NCBI GenBank assembly: GCA_021786385.1
Contig: JAJYNJ010000054.1
Span: 12,810 to 76,809, forward strand
Length of the DNA: 64,000 nucleotides
Reading direction: 5' to 3'
DNA from: Chloroflexota bacterium
GTDB taxonomy: Bacteria > Chloroflexota > Limnocylindria > Limnocylindrales > CSP1-4
Shown: positions 51,918 to 61,860 of the stretch, one piece after another
How positions within the stretch are numbered: position 1 is the stretch's first letter
How the letters are laid out: the number at the start of each line of letters is the position of its first letter
Notes under the pieces: generated by a model
Database searches by the model: none
What the model saw: the letters and a program-made list of their open reading frames with translations, nothing else
Told to the model about the DNA's origin: nothing
Program-made: the position numbers and the translations under genes

Positions 51918-52945
51918 TCGCCGCTGCCGACCTCGCGCGCGTGCCCTGCCGCCCGGCTCCACTGGCGGAGCCGCGCATCCGGATCGGCCTGGGGCCGGGC
52001 GACGAACCGCTCGTCGCGCCCGGCGACGCGGTGGCGCCGGGTACGCCACTCGTGCGCCGGCCACGTCACCCGCAGGTGGTCGGCCAGGCCCTGCGCGGAC
52101 GCGCCGCCCCGCGGGCGGGCACGCACTTTGCCGATGGGGCTCCGCTCGTGGGGGACGGGCGGCGCGCACTACGCTTCGACGGCGCGGGTGAAGTGCTCTA
52201 CGTCACGCCAGCCGGAACGGTGCGTGCAGTGGTCGCGCGGCACCATGGCGTCATCGTGTCGCCGGTGAACGGGGCCGTCGAGTCGCTCGACGCCTGCGCG
52301 CTGGTCGTGCGCGGAGCGGGGCCGGCGATCCCCGCCGCCCTGGCGGTCGGCGCGCCCTCGCACGGTCCGCTGGTGATCGCGGTCGAGCGGCCCGAAGCCG
52401 AACTCCACGCCACCCAGATCGACGTGCGTCACGCTGGCGCGGTCCTCGTGGCCGGCTCACGGATCGACATCGAGGGCCTGACACGGGCGCGGGCGATGGG
52501 CGTCCGGGGTGTGATCACGGGCGGCGTGATCGGCGGCGACATGCTCGCGCTGCGCGCCTCGCTGGACCGCCAGGAGGCGTCGCTGCAGGCCAGCCCGCCG
52601 TTCGCGTTGCTCGTGCTCGACGGCTACGGCAAGCGGCCCGTCCCGGCGGCCGCGTGGGAGGCGCTCACGGCCTGCGGTGGCGAGGCGGTTGGCCTCTCGA
52701 TCACGCCGCCGCTCGTGCTGTTCGGACCCGCCGCGGCCGTCCCGCGCGCCGAGCCGGGTCGCGTGCGGGTGGCCGCCGGCCCCCTGCTCGGCCGCACCGG
52801 ACGGATCGTCGGATCGAGTGGGCTGCGCCGGCGCGCGGCCGGCGTCTACCAGGAATGCGCACGCGTCGCGCTCGACCCGATTGCCCTGCCGGGTGGGGCC
52901 GAGCTCGTCGACGTGCCGCTGGCGGACCTGGAGCGCGATGGCTGA
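51914..52945 (+). CDS. Hypothetical protein with barrel-sandwich-hybrid-like segments, coupled to the GlmL-like gene
   Basis: ATGA overlap; LVAPGDAVAPG, SPVNGAV, GVRGVITGG, LLVLDGYG, RVRV..GP..GRTG. Confidence 0.65.
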   Translation: MIAAADLARVPCRPAPLAEPRIRIGLGPGDEPLVAPGDAVAPGTPLVRRPRHPQVVGQALRGRAAPRAGTHFADGAPLVGDGRRALRFDGAGEVLYVTPAGTVRAVVARHHGVIVSPVNGAVESLDACALVVRGAGPAIPAALAVGAPSHGPLVIAVERPEAELHATQIDVRHAGAVLVAGSRIDIEGLTRARAMGVRGVITGGVIGGDMLALRASLDRQEASLQASPPFALLVLDGYGKRPVPAAAWEALTACGGEAVGLSITPPLVLFGPAAAVPRAEPGRVRVAAGPLLGRTGRIVGSSGLRRRAAGVYQECARVALDPIALPGGAELVDVPLADLERDG

Positions 52946-53462
52946 CACGCATCCGACTGCCCAGGCACGCCAGACGAGCAGCACGTGGGTGGAGACCGCC
53001 TCCGCGGCCGCGACACGCGACCTGGCCGCTCATCTGGCGGCCGTCGCGGCCCCCGGCGACGTGGTCGCACTGCGCGGCGAGTTGGGCGCGGGCAAGACGC
53101 AGTTCGCCAAGGGCTTCGCACGGGGACTTGGTGTCTCCGCGGTCGTAAACAGCCCCAGTTTCACGCTGATGGCGGAGTACGCGGGGCGCTTGCCGCTCTT
53201 CCATCTCGACTTGTACCGTCTCACCGGCGCCGCAGAGGCGCTGGCCGGCGGTCTCCTCGACGAACGCCAGCAGGCGGGGGTGACGCTGATCGAGTGGGCC
53301 GAGCGACTTGACGGCCCGGTCGGCGCGGCCGACCTGGAGGTGCGGTTTCAGGGCGTGGGCGACGAGGTGCGGCGGCTGGAGCTGCTGGCACGCACGCCGC
53401 ACGGCGTGCGGTACGTGGCGGCGGCGCGCGGCTGGCGGCCGCCGGTGGAGGAGCCCGCATGA
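52938..53462 (+). CDS. tsaE: tRNA t6A biosynthesis ATPase TsaE
   Basis: GELGAGKT, SPSFTL, HLDLYRL, IEW. Confidence 0.95.
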   Translation: MADTHPTAQARQTSSTWVETASAAATRDLAAHLAAVAAPGDVVALRGELGAGKTQFAKGFARGLGVSAVVNSPSFTLMAEYAGRLPLFHLDLYRLTGAAEALAGGLLDERQQAGVTLIEWAERLDGPVGAADLEVRFQGVGDEVRRLELLARTPHGVRYVAAARGWRPPVEEPA

Positions 53463-54226
53463 GCCGCGCCGGGCAAGGTGCTGCAGGCGGACCGGAAGGA
53501 CGCCCGCGCGCGCCCCTGCTTGCCATCGACACGGCCACCCAGCAGGCGGCGATCGCCATCGGGGATGGGCGCGCGGAGCCGCTGGCGGCGCGTTCGTGGC
53601 GTGCCGGGTACCGCCATGGCGAGGAACTGCTTGCGGTCCTCGACGAACTGCTGCACGAGGCGGGAATCGAGCTGCGCGATCTGGGCGGCATCGTGGCCGG
53701 CACGGGCCCCGGGGCCTTCACGGGGCTGCGCGTCGGCCTCGCGACCGCCAAGGGGCTCGCCTACGGCCTGCGGGTCCCGATCGTCGGGGTCGCGTCCACG
53801 GCAGGTTTGGCCGTCGCCGCGCTCGGGGCCGCCCGGGGCACGGCACTCGCCCCGGTGGCCGTGCTCCTCCCCGCGGGGCCTCACGACCGCTACCTTGCCC
53901 GCTACCGGATCGCCGGGACGCCGTGGCCGGAGCCGCTGGGGGACCCGGAGCTCGTGCCCGGCGGCGAGCCGCTGGCGGCGCGCCTGGCGGGCATGTCGCT
54001 GGTCGCGGTCGACCTGCCGGCAGGTCCGGAGATCGGCGCGGCGGCCGTCGCCCTGGGGGCCGCGGCCCAGGAGCGGCTGGGGGGGTCGCTCCTCTCGCTC
54101 GGCAGGGGCGCCCTGGAAGCCGGCCGAGCCGACGACGTGGCGGAGCTCGTGCCCGCGTACGTGACGCTGCCGCGCGGCATCACCGCCCAGCTCGGGACGA
54201 TCGAATGGTCGCGCGACCACCGGTAA
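53459..54226 (+). CDS. tsaB: tRNA t6A biosynthesis protein TsaB
   Basis: LAIDTAT, GPGAFTGLRVG. Confidence 0.93.
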   Translation: MSRAGQGAAGGPEGRPRAPLLAIDTATQQAAIAIGDGRAEPLAARSWRAGYRHGEELLAVLDELLHEAGIELRDLGGIVAGTGPGAFTGLRVGLATAKGLAYGLRVPIVGVASTAGLAVAALGAARGTALAPVAVLLPAGPHDRYLARYRIAGTPWPEPLGDPELVPGGEPLAARLAGMSLVAVDLPAGPEIGAAAVALGAAAQERLGGSLLSLGRGALEAGRADDVAELVPAYVTLPRGITAQLGTIEWSRDHR

Positions 54227-54768
54227 GGGTACGCGTCGAGCCGATGGCGCTCGGCGACATCCCTGCGGTCCACGAGATCGAGCGCGCCAGCTTCAGCGCG
54301 CCATGGCCCACCTACGCCTTCCGCCAGGAGCTCGAGTCGAACCGGCTGGCGCGCTACCTTGTGGCACGCGATGGCGACCACGTGGTGGGCTATGCCGGGC
54401 TCTGGCTGATGGTCGACGAGGCGCACATCACCACGTTCGCGGTCGCGCCGGAGTATCGTCGGCGGGGTGTCGGCCAGATCCTGCTGCTCGAGCTGCTGCG
54501 CATCGCCGAGTCGGTCGGCGCGGCGGTCGCCACGCTCGAGGTGCGCGTGTCGAACCTGCCGGCACGGCGCCTGTACGAGAAGTATGGATTCCGCCCGGTC
54601 GGCGTGCGCCCGCGCTACTACACCGATAACAACGAGGATGCGCTGATCATGACGACGGGCGAGCTCCGGTCGCGAGAGATGCGGGGCCGCCTGCGGCAAC
54701 TCTCCGCCGAGATCCGTGCCGGAACCGACGACGCGGAGGGGAGCGGCGAGCCACGGGACGAGGCATGA
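54205..54768 (+). CDS. rimI: Ribosomal protein S18 alanine N-acetyltransferase
   Basis: EAHITT.AV.PEYRRRGVG, LEVRVSN, LYEKYGF, YYTDNNEDA. Confidence 0.93.
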   Translation: MVARPPVRVRVEPMALGDIPAVHEIERASFSAPWPTYAFRQELESNRLARYLVARDGDHVVGYAGLWLMVDEAHITTFAVAPEYRRRGVGQILLLELLRIAESVGAAVATLEVRVSNLPARRLYEKYGFRPVGVRPRYYTDNNEDALIMTTGELRSREMRGRLRQLSAEIRAGTDDAEGSGEPRDEA

Positions 54769-55817
54769 TGGCACGGAGCGGAACGGGGCTGATCCTCGCG
54801 GTCGAGACGTCGTGCGACGAGACCGCCGTGGCGGTCGTCGAACAGGGGCGACGGATCCGCTCGAGCGTGGTCGCCAGCCAGGTCGCGATGCATGCCGCGA
54901 CCGGTGGGATCGTGCCCGAGGTCGCGGCGCGCGCACACCTGCGCTGGATCGTGCCTGTCTTCGAGGAGGCGCGGTCGGCGGCGGGGATCGACGATTGGTC
55001 GACCATCGAGGCCGTGGCCGTCACCAACGGCCCCGGGCTGGCCGGTTCGCTCCTCGTCGGGATCAACTTCGCGAAGACGCTGGCGTATGTGCACGGGCGG
55101 CCGCTCGTCCCGGTCAACCATCTGGAGGGACACATCTACGCGGCCTGGCTGCTCGATCCGGACGAGCCAGAGCGGCCGGCCCCGCCGTTTCCGCTGATCG
55201 CGCTGGTCGTGAGCGGCGGCCACACGTTCCTGGTCGAGATGCGCGATCACCTCCGGTACCGGTTCCTCGGACAGACGGTCGACGACGCGGCGGGCGAGGC
55301 GTTCGACAAGGTCGGCAGGCTTCTGGGCCTGCCGTACCCTGGCGGCCCGGCGATCATGAAGGCAGCGGCCGGGGCGCAGCGGCGCGACGTGGAGTTCCCG
55401 CGGGCCTGGATGGGTGACTCCTACGACTTCAGTTTCAGCGGTTTGAAGACGGCCGCGCGACGGGTCATCGAGGCCCGTGGCGGCGCAGAGGCGCTCGATC
55501 CGGCTGCCGTGGCCGAGCTCGCGTACGGGTTCCAGGAGTCGGTGGTCGACGTGCTCGCGACGAAGACGAGCCAGGCGGCAGAGCAGAGCGGTGCCCGGGC
55601 GATCGTGCTCGGCGGGGGCGTCGCGGCGAACGCCGTGCTGCGCGAGCGCGTGGCCGAGCGCGCCGCGGCTCTCGGCATCCCGCTGATCGTGCCGCGCCCG
55701 GGCCTCTGCACGGACAACGCGGCGATGATCGGCGCGGCGGGGTTCTTCCGGGCGCGGGCGGGCACGCGAGCCTCGCTCGACCTCGATGCGCGGCCGTCCC
55801 TGCCGCTCCTCTCGTGA
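54765..55817 (+). CDS. tsaD: tRNA t6A biosynthesis protein TsaD
   Basis: ETSCDET, HLEGH, VSGGHT, DNAAMIG. Confidence 0.97.
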   Translation: MMARSGTGLILAVETSCDETAVAVVEQGRRIRSSVVASQVAMHAATGGIVPEVAARAHLRWIVPVFEEARSAAGIDDWSTIEAVAVTNGPGLAGSLLVGINFAKTLAYVHGRPLVPVNHLEGHIYAAWLLDPDEPERPAPPFPLIALVVSGGHTFLVEMRDHLRYRFLGQTVDDAAGEAFDKVGRLLGLPYPGGPAIMKAAAGAQRRDVEFPRAWMGDSYDFSFSGLKTAARRVIEARGGAEALDPAAVAELAYGFQESVVDVLATKTSQAAEQSGARAIVLGGGVAANAVLRERVAERAAALGIPLIVPRPGLCTDNAAMIGAAGFFRARAGTRASLDLDARPSLPLLS

Positions 55818-56743
55818 GGCTATCCGCGGAGGACCCGCTCGGCGCGACGCACCTCGGCGCCGAGGTGGTCCGGCGCTACCTGCGGCGTCACGGGCTGACG
55901 GCGCGCCGGGCGTTGAGCCAGAACTTCCTGGCGGACGGGGCCACGCTCGAGGCGATCGTGGCCATGGCGGCGCCGGCCCCCGGCCGGACGATCCTCGAGA
56001 TCGGGGCAGGGATCGGCATTCTGACCGGGGCGCTGCTGCGCGCCGGTGCGGCGGTGACCGCCGTCGAGGTCGACGCTCGCCTCGTTGGGCACCTCCGCGA
56101 GCGGTTCGAGCGCGCCCTCGCCCTCGCCGAGGACGATCCCGCCACTCCCGGCGCCCTCCGCCTGGTCGAGGCCGATGCGCTCGACCTCCCGTTGGCGGAC
56201 CTGGTGGCGCCGCCGTACGACCTGGTCGCGAACCTGCCCTACCACATCACGAGCCCGATCCTCCACCACGTGCTGGGCGCCGAGCCGCGACCCGCACGGT
56301 TCGTGCTGATGCTGCAGCGCGAGGTCGCCGAGCGGATCGCGGCGCGGCCGGGGGAGTTGAGCTATCTCTCGGTATTCGTCCAGTACCATGCCGCGGTTGC
56401 GGTGGCGAGGATCGTGCCGGCGTCGTCGTTCGAGCCGGCCCCCGACGTCGACTCGGCGCTGCTCGTGGGATCGACGCGTGCGCGGCGCCTGCCGCTCGCT
56501 GAGGAGGACGCGCTCTGGCGGCTGGTGCAGGCCGGCTTCCGCGAACGACGCAAGATGGTCCGCAACGTGCTGCCGCGCCAGCTGCCTGCGCTCGGACGAG
56601 ACCGCATCGATACCGCGCTCGAGGTGGCCGGGATCGCGCCGGAGCGTCGACCCCAGACGCTCTCGGTCGAGGAATGGCTGGGTCTCGCAGAGGCGTTGGG
56701 CCTGATCGGACCGGGATGGCGGGGTGGGGGAGCGGCCGCGTGA
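55814..56743 (+). CDS. rsmA: 16S rRNA m6,2A dimethyltransferase
   Basis: SQNFL, EIGAGIG, VANLPYHI, MLQREVA. Confidence 0.95.
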   Translation: MRLSAEDPLGATHLGAEVVRRYLRRHGLTARRALSQNFLADGATLEAIVAMAAPAPGRTILEIGAGIGILTGALLRAGAAVTAVEVDARLVGHLRERFERALALAEDDPATPGALRLVEADALDLPLADLVAPPYDLVANLPYHITSPILHHVLGAEPRPARFVLMLQREVAERIAARPGELSYLSVFVQYHAAVAVARIVPASSFEPAPDVDSALLVGSTRARRLPLAEEDALWRLVQAGFRERRKMVRNVLPRQLPALGRDRIDTALEVAGIAPERRPQTLSVEEWLGLAEALGLIGPGWRGGGAAA

Positions 56744-57807
56744 GCGGGAGCCGCGATGGCGCGCGGTCGCAGGCGCCCTGGCAGGCGGCGTCGACCCTCC
56801 CGGCGTCCCAGCGGGCCGGACAGGCTCAGGCAACGGTCGTGACCCTCTCGGGCCGAGCCCCCGCGAAGATCAACCTGGTCCTGGAGGTGGTCGGAAGCCG
56901 CCCGGATGGATACCACGAGCTGCGTTCGGTCCTGGCACCGCTGGCGCTGGCGGACGAGCTTTCGGTGCGCGTGGGGGTCCTCAGTGGCGCCTCGCCGCGC
57001 GATCGGCTCGCTGTCCGCGGGGCGGGGGCCCTGGCGACGGGCGACAACCTGGTGGTGCGCGCGGCCGCGCTCCTGCGGGGCGAGACGGGCCGCCCGCTCG
57101 CGCCGCTGGCGTTCGACCTGCGCAAGCGGATCCCCGTCGCCGCCGGGCTTGGCGGGGGCAGCAGTGACGCGCTCGCGGCACTCGACCTCGCCGCGGCCGC
57201 CTGGGGGCTGCAGCTGGGTGCGCAGCGCCGTCTGCAGCTGGCAGCCGCCCTCGGCTCCGACGTACCGTTCTTCGCGCTGGGGACGTGGGCCCTCGCCGGC
57301 GGTCGCGGCGAGCGGCTGTGGCAGTTGCCGCCGCCGGCGGGCGGCCCGCTCGGCGTGCTGCTCGTGGTGCCTGCCGCGCGGCTCGCTACCCGGGAGGTCT
57401 TCGCGGCCCTGGACGCTGGGTACCGCGAGGAACCTCCGCACGACCCGCACGCGAGCCCCGTGCCCCTTGGTGCGCGGCCCGGCGCCGCGGCGGACCTTGC
57501 GGCACGCCTGCGCCGCGGCGCGACCGCGGCCGAGGTGGCGGACACGGAGCCCGCGAACGATCTGCTGCCGGCCGCGGCAGCCATCCTCCCCGGGCTCGAG
57601 CCGCTGCGCGACGAGCTGGGTGCGCTGCTCGGTCGACCCGTCCATCTGAGCGGCTCTGGGCCGACGCTGGCGGTCCTCTATCCTTCGCCGGGCGGGGCCC
57701 GGCGTGCCGCGGCCGTTGTCCGTGACGCGGCCGCGCGCCGCCTGCTGCGGCCACCCGGTGGCGCACTCAAGGTCATCGCCACCACGACGATCGGAGGAGA
57801 GGCATGA
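56740..57807 (+). CDS. ispE: CDP-ME kinase, MEP pathway (start 56740 or 56839)
   Basis: PAKINL, KRIPVAAGLGGGSSD, GSDVPF, SGSGPT. Confidence 0.93.
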   Translation: MSGSRDGARSQAPWQAASTLPASQRAGQAQATVVTLSGRAPAKINLVLEVVGSRPDGYHELRSVLAPLALADELSVRVGVLSGASPRDRLAVRGAGALATGDNLVVRAAALLRGETGRPLAPLAFDLRKRIPVAAGLGGGSSDALAALDLAAAAWGLQLGAQRRLQLAAALGSDVPFFALGTWALAGGRGERLWQLPPPAGGPLGVLLVVPAARLATREVFAALDAGYREEPPHDPHASPVPLGARPGAAADLAARLRRGATAAEVADTEPANDLLPAAAAILPGLEPLRDELGALLGRPVHLSGSGPTLAVLYPSPGGARRAAAVVRDAAARRLLRPPGGALKVIATTTIGGEA

Positions 57808-58190
57808 AGGACCGCATCACCACAGACGCCGCGCCGGCGGCGATCGGCCCGTACAGCCAAGCGGTGCGCGCGCAGCGGTTCGTCTTCTGCTCAGGCCAGC
57901 TCGGGATGGACCCGGCCACCGGCGAGCTCGCGAGCGGGGTCGAGGCGCAGGCCGAGCGCGCGCTCGCCAACGTCCGGGCTCTCCTCGAGGCGGCCGGCGC
58001 GACCATGGACGACGTGGTCAAGACGACGATCTTCCTCGCCGACATGGGCGATTTCGCGGCGGTCAACGCCATCTACGCCCGCCACTTCCGGGAACCCTTC
58101 CCGGCCCGCTCGACCGTCGCGGTCGCAGCACTTCCCCGCGCTGGCCGGGTCGAGATCGAGGTGACGGCCCTCGTCTCCGAGCCGGCATGA
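57804..58190 (+). CDS. ridA: RidA/YjgF reactive intermediate deaminase
   Basis: APAAIGPYSQA, SGQLG, PARS.V.V..LP, VEIE. Confidence 0.92.
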   Translation: MKDRITTDAAPAAIGPYSQAVRAQRFVFCSGQLGMDPATGELASGVEAQAERALANVRALLEAAGATMDDVVKTTIFLADMGDFAAVNAIYARHFREPFPARSTVAVAALPRAGRVEIEVTALVSEPA

Positions 58191-58297
58191 AGGCGCTCGT
58201 CGGCGATCGCACGGGGCGGCTGCGAGGGAACGTCTGCGCGGGCGGCGCTGATCCGCGCCAAGATCACGCAACGTGCGGCGCTGCTCCACCGGGGCGG

Positions 58298-58336
58298 CCT
58301 CCTGCGGGGGCTGCCCTCCTGCGGGGGCTGCCCTCC
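58298..58336. repeat. 17-bp tandem repeat x2.3 (CCTCCTGCGGGGGCTGC)
   Basis: 58298-58314, 58315-58331, partial third copy. Confidence 0.85.
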
Positions 58337-58401
58337 CAGCCTCCTTCCGGCGTCTTGGGACGCCTCCTCGGGGGGCTACGATACCCCTCCGGGGGCTGCC
58401 G

Positions 58402-58430
58402 TTGACACCTGCTGCGGGGCGCCCGAGAAT
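58402..58430 (+). promoter_or_regulatory. Putative promoter for glmU
   Basis: TTGACA, 17 nt, GAGAAT. Confidence 0.5.
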
Positions 58431-58480
58431 CAGCAGGACGTGTCCACCAACCCTCCAAAACGCCACGGGACGCCCTCGCC

Positions 58481-59974
58481 GTGAGCGGCGCAGCCGGCGG
58501 GCCGCGTGCGATCGTGCTCGCGGCGGGCCTCGGCACCCGGATGCGGTCCCGGCGACCAAAGGTGCTACATCCCGTCTGCGGCCGGCCGATGCTCGCGTAT
58601 GTTCTCGATACGGCGCGCGCGGTGGGCGACGGGCCACCGCTGGTGGTGATCTCCCCGGCGACCGGTGCGGTAGGCGAGGCGTTCGCGGCCGACCGCGTCG
58701 AGTTCGCCGTGCAGGCCGAGCCGCTGGGCACTGCCGACGCGCTGCGGGCCGCCCTGGAGGTTGCGCCGGCCGGGCTCGATGAGATCGTGGTGCTGAGCGG
58801 CGACGTGCCGCTCCTGCGGCCGGCCACGGTCGAACGCTTGCTCGCGCTGCGCCGACGAGAGAACGCGACCATCGCGGTGGCCGTCACGCGGCCGCCCGAT
58901 CCCCGCGGGTACGGACGCGTCGTGCGCGACGCGGCCGGCCACGTGGCGCGCATCGTCGAGGAGAAGGACGCCGACGAGGCGACCCGCGCCATCGGCGAGG
59001 TCAACGCGGCGCTCTACGCGTTCGATGGTGGGTGGGTTCGCTCGCGGATCGACGACGTCGCGCCGTCACCGGCGACTGGTGAGTACTACCTCCCAGAGCT
59101 GGTCGCCATCGCGCGTGCCGAAGGGGGCTCTGTGGTGGCGCTGGAGGTGGCGGACTATCGCGAACTGGCCGGCATCAACGACCGGGTCCAGTTGGCCGCC
59201 GTCGAGGCCGTCCTGCGCCGTCGGATCGTCGAGCGGCACATGCTGGCTGGCGTCACGATGCTCGCCCCTGGCTCCGTCCTCATCGACGCCACCGTCGAGA
59301 TCGACCCGGACGTCGTGATCGAGCCCGGCGCGGTGTTGCAGGGCCGTACGCGCATCGGCACGGACACGGTGATCGGCGCCGGCAGCCGGATCGTCGACAG
59401 CGTCATCGGCCGGCGCTGCCGGGTCTGGTCGAGCGTGATCGAGTCGAGCGAGGTCGGTGACGACGTGCGCATCGGGCCGTGGGCGCACCTGCGTCCGGGC
59501 GCGTCGGTCGGCGACGGCGCGGAGGTCGGGAACTTCGCCGAGATCAAGGCGAGCCGCCTCGGGGCCGGGTCCAAGCAGCATCACTTCAGCTACCTGGGGG
59601 ACGCGACGATCGGCGAGCGCGTCAACATCGGCGCCGGCACGATCACCTGCAACTACGACGGCGAGGCGAAGCACCGCACCACGATCGGCGACGGCGCGTT
59701 CATCGGCTCGGACACCATGCTCGTCGCGCCCGTCAACGTGGGCGCCGGCGCGAAGACCGGCGCGGGCTCGGTGGTGACCCACGACGTGCCCGACGGGATG
59801 CTGGCGGTCGGGGTGCCGGCGCGGCTGCGCCATCCGCGGACGCCGCATACCGGCCGCCCGGCTGGCGAGGCGTCCGGGCCGACCGCCCTGGGCGACGGCG
59901 AGCGCCCCCCGCAAGCCTCGGCTGAGGACCGGGCGCCGATCTCCGCCTCGGAGGACACCGGGTCGACGGCATGA
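58481..59974 (+). CDS. glmU: Bifunctional UDP-GlcNAc pyrophosphorylase/acetyltransferase
   Basis: LAAGLGTRM.S..PKVLH, GDVP, EYYL, hexapeptide repeats, NYDG. Confidence 0.97.
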   Translation: MSGAAGGPRAIVLAAGLGTRMRSRRPKVLHPVCGRPMLAYVLDTARAVGDGPPLVVISPATGAVGEAFAADRVEFAVQAEPLGTADALRAALEVAPAGLDEIVVLSGDVPLLRPATVERLLALRRRENATIAVAVTRPPDPRGYGRVVRDAAGHVARIVEEKDADEATRAIGEVNAALYAFDGGWVRSRIDDVAPSPATGEYYLPELVAIARAEGGSVVALEVADYRELAGINDRVQLAAVEAVLRRRIVERHMLAGVTMLAPGSVLIDATVEIDPDVVIEPGAVLQGRTRIGTDTVIGAGSRIVDSVIGRRCRVWSSVIESSEVGDDVRIGPWAHLRPGASVGDGAEVGNFAEIKASRLGAGSKQHHFSYLGDATIGERVNIGAGTITCNYDGEAKHRTTIGDGAFIGSDTMLVAPVNVGAGAKTGAGSVVTHDVPDGMLAVGVPARLRHPRTPHTGRPAGEASGPTALGDGERPPQASAEDRAPISASEDTGSTA

Positions 59975-61299
59975 ACGCGCTCGTCGAGCTCGTCGTGATC
60001 GCGATCTTGATCGTGCTCAACGCGGTCTTCGTCGCGGCGGAGATCGCCCTCGTCACGATCCGCCGGAGCCGGGTCGAACAGCTGGTGGAGGAGGGCAACT
60101 GGGCGGCGCAGCGCCTGCAGCGGCTGCTGAGACGCCCGGGCCGCTTCCTCGCCGTCACACAGCTCGGGATCACCTTCATCGGGTTCCTGGCCTCGGCCTT
60201 CGCAGCGGTCAGCCTGACCCTGGGACTCCGGGACGTCTTCTCGCGGATTGCGCCACTGGCACCCCTGGCCGACGCCCTCGCGCTCATCGTCGTGACCGCG
60301 CTCCTCGCGCTCGTCACGATCGTCTTCGGGGAGCTCGTACCCAAGGCGCTGGCACTCGCCAATGCGGAACGGTTCGCGCTGGCCGTGGCGGGGCCATTCG
60401 AGCTGCTCGAGAAACTACTCGGGCCACTCGTGCGCCTGCTCGAGGCGATCACCAATGCGATCGCTCGCCCCCTCGGCGGGCAGCAGACCGATCGGTCCCA
60501 GGTCTCCGTGGAGGAGCTGAAGATCCTGGTCGAGCGCGGCGGTGAGCAGGGCGTGCTCGAGGCCGAGGAGGAGCAGATGATCTCGGCGGTCATCGAGCTC
60601 GGTGAGGGTCGCGTGCACGAGGTGATGGTGCCGCGCATCGACGTCACGGCGATCCCGGTCGACACGCCGTTCGCGGAGGCCGTCGACACGATCCTGCGCG
60701 AGGGGCATTCGCGGATCCCGGTCTACGAGGAGTCGATCGACAACATCGTGGGGATCCTCTACGCCAAGGACCTGCTCCCGTACCTGAAGGGCGGTGCGGC
60801 GCCGCCCGACCTGCGTCGCCTGTTGCGCCCGCCCCTCTTCGTCCCGGAATCGATGAGTGTGGACGATCTGCTGCACGAGCTGCAGCGGCGCAAGGTGCAC
60901 ATGGCGATCGTCCTCGACGAGTACGGCGGGACCGCGGGCCTCGTCACGATCGAGGACCTCCTCGAGGAGATCGTCGGCGAGATCCAGGACGAGTACGACG
61001 TGGAGGAGCCGATGGTCGAGCGGCTCTCCGACGACGAGGTCCGCTTCGACGGCCGCGCCAACATCGATGACTTCGTGGAAGCGTTCGGCGTGGACCTGCG
61101 CGACGAGGATCGCGAGGAGTACGACACGGTGGGCGGGCTGGTCTACCACCGCATCGGCGGGGTGCCGAAGGTCGGCGACAGCCTCGACGTGGACGGCGTC
61201 ACGTTGACGGTCGAGACCACGGACGGCCGGCGGGTGGGCAAGGTGCTGGCGGTGCGCCGGCCGCAGGAGACATCCGACGAGGAGGCGGAGGCGGAGTAG
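59971..61299 (+). CDS. HlyC/CorC (CNNM-CBS-CorC) Mg2+/Co2+ transport family protein
   Basis: [46 protein letters not shown]. Confidence 0.92.
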   Translation: MNALVELVVIAILIVLNAVFVAAEIALVTIRRSRVEQLVEEGNWAAQRLQRLLRRPGRFLAVTQLGITFIGFLASAFAAVSLTLGLRDVFSRIAPLAPLADALALIVVTALLALVTIVFGELVPKALALANAERFALAVAGPFELLEKLLGPLVRLLEAITNAIARPLGGQQTDRSQVSVEELKILVERGGEQGVLEAEEEQMISAVIELGEGRVHEVMVPRIDVTAIPVDTPFAEAVDTILREGHSRIPVYEESIDNIVGILYAKDLLPYLKGGAAPPDLRRLLRPPLFVPESMSVDDLLHELQRRKVHMAIVLDEYGGTAGLVTIEDLLEEIVGEIQDEYDVEEPMVERLSDDEVRFDGRANIDDFVEAFGVDLRDEDREEYDTVGGLVYHRIGGVPKVGDSLDVDGVTLTVETTDGRRVGKVLAVRRPQETSDEEAEAE

Positions 61300-61308
61300 C
61301 CGCCCCGG

Positions 61309-61860
61309 TCAGCGCAGGTCGGGCCCGGGCGAGGGGCCGAGGATCGCGTCCCTGACCATCCCCGCCGCGTCGGGCACGCTCACGTACTCGCCGTCCTCGC
61401 CGGGTGCGTCGTTCCACGTTTCGGGCCCCCAGAGCCTCGCGAGGTGCACGACCACCGCCTCCAGCCCGGACTCGCGCGCGAGCCGCTCCATCTCGTCGCG
61501 CGCCGCGGCCGCATCCGGCGGGACGCCGAACGAGATGCTCTCCACCACGATCCTCCGGGCGCCGGCGGCGACGGCGGCGTCCACGAGGTTCGGCGTCCCC
61601 TCGCGGCGGATCCGGTTGTTCGCTGCGAAGTCACCGCCGGCAAGGTCCGTGAGCAGGTCGACCACGACGTCGGGACGCGCAGCCCCGACGGCCGCGAACA
61701 CGGCGTCGCGCTCGTACACGTCGACGACCACTGGCTCCGCACCGAGCTCTCGCACCAGTTCCGGCCGCGACCGCGTCATCCCGACCACGTCGTGACCGAC
61801 GAGCATGGGCAGGAGCTCGCGCCCGATCACGCCGGAGGCGCCCGCGATGAAGATCCGCAT
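61309..61860 (-). CDS. Short NAD(P)-binding Rossmann-fold protein (atypical SDR/NmrA-like)
   Basis: MRIFIAGASGVIG, NNRIRREGTPNL; ATG 61860. Confidence 0.75.
   Translation of the reverse strand: MRIFIAGASGVIGRELLPMLVGHDVVGMTRSRPELVRELGAEPVVVDVYERDAVFAAVGAARPDVVVDLLTDLAGGDFAANNRIRREGTPNLVDAAVAAGARRIVVESISFGVPPDAAAARDEMERLARESGLEAVVVHLARLWGPETWNDAPGEDGEYVSVPDAAGMVRDAILGPSPGPDLR

Noticed and set aside
58187-58405. 72-aa ORF overlapping the ridA stop (ATGA)
   Set aside because: No SD or motif, and it runs through the repeat/promoter region; likely chance
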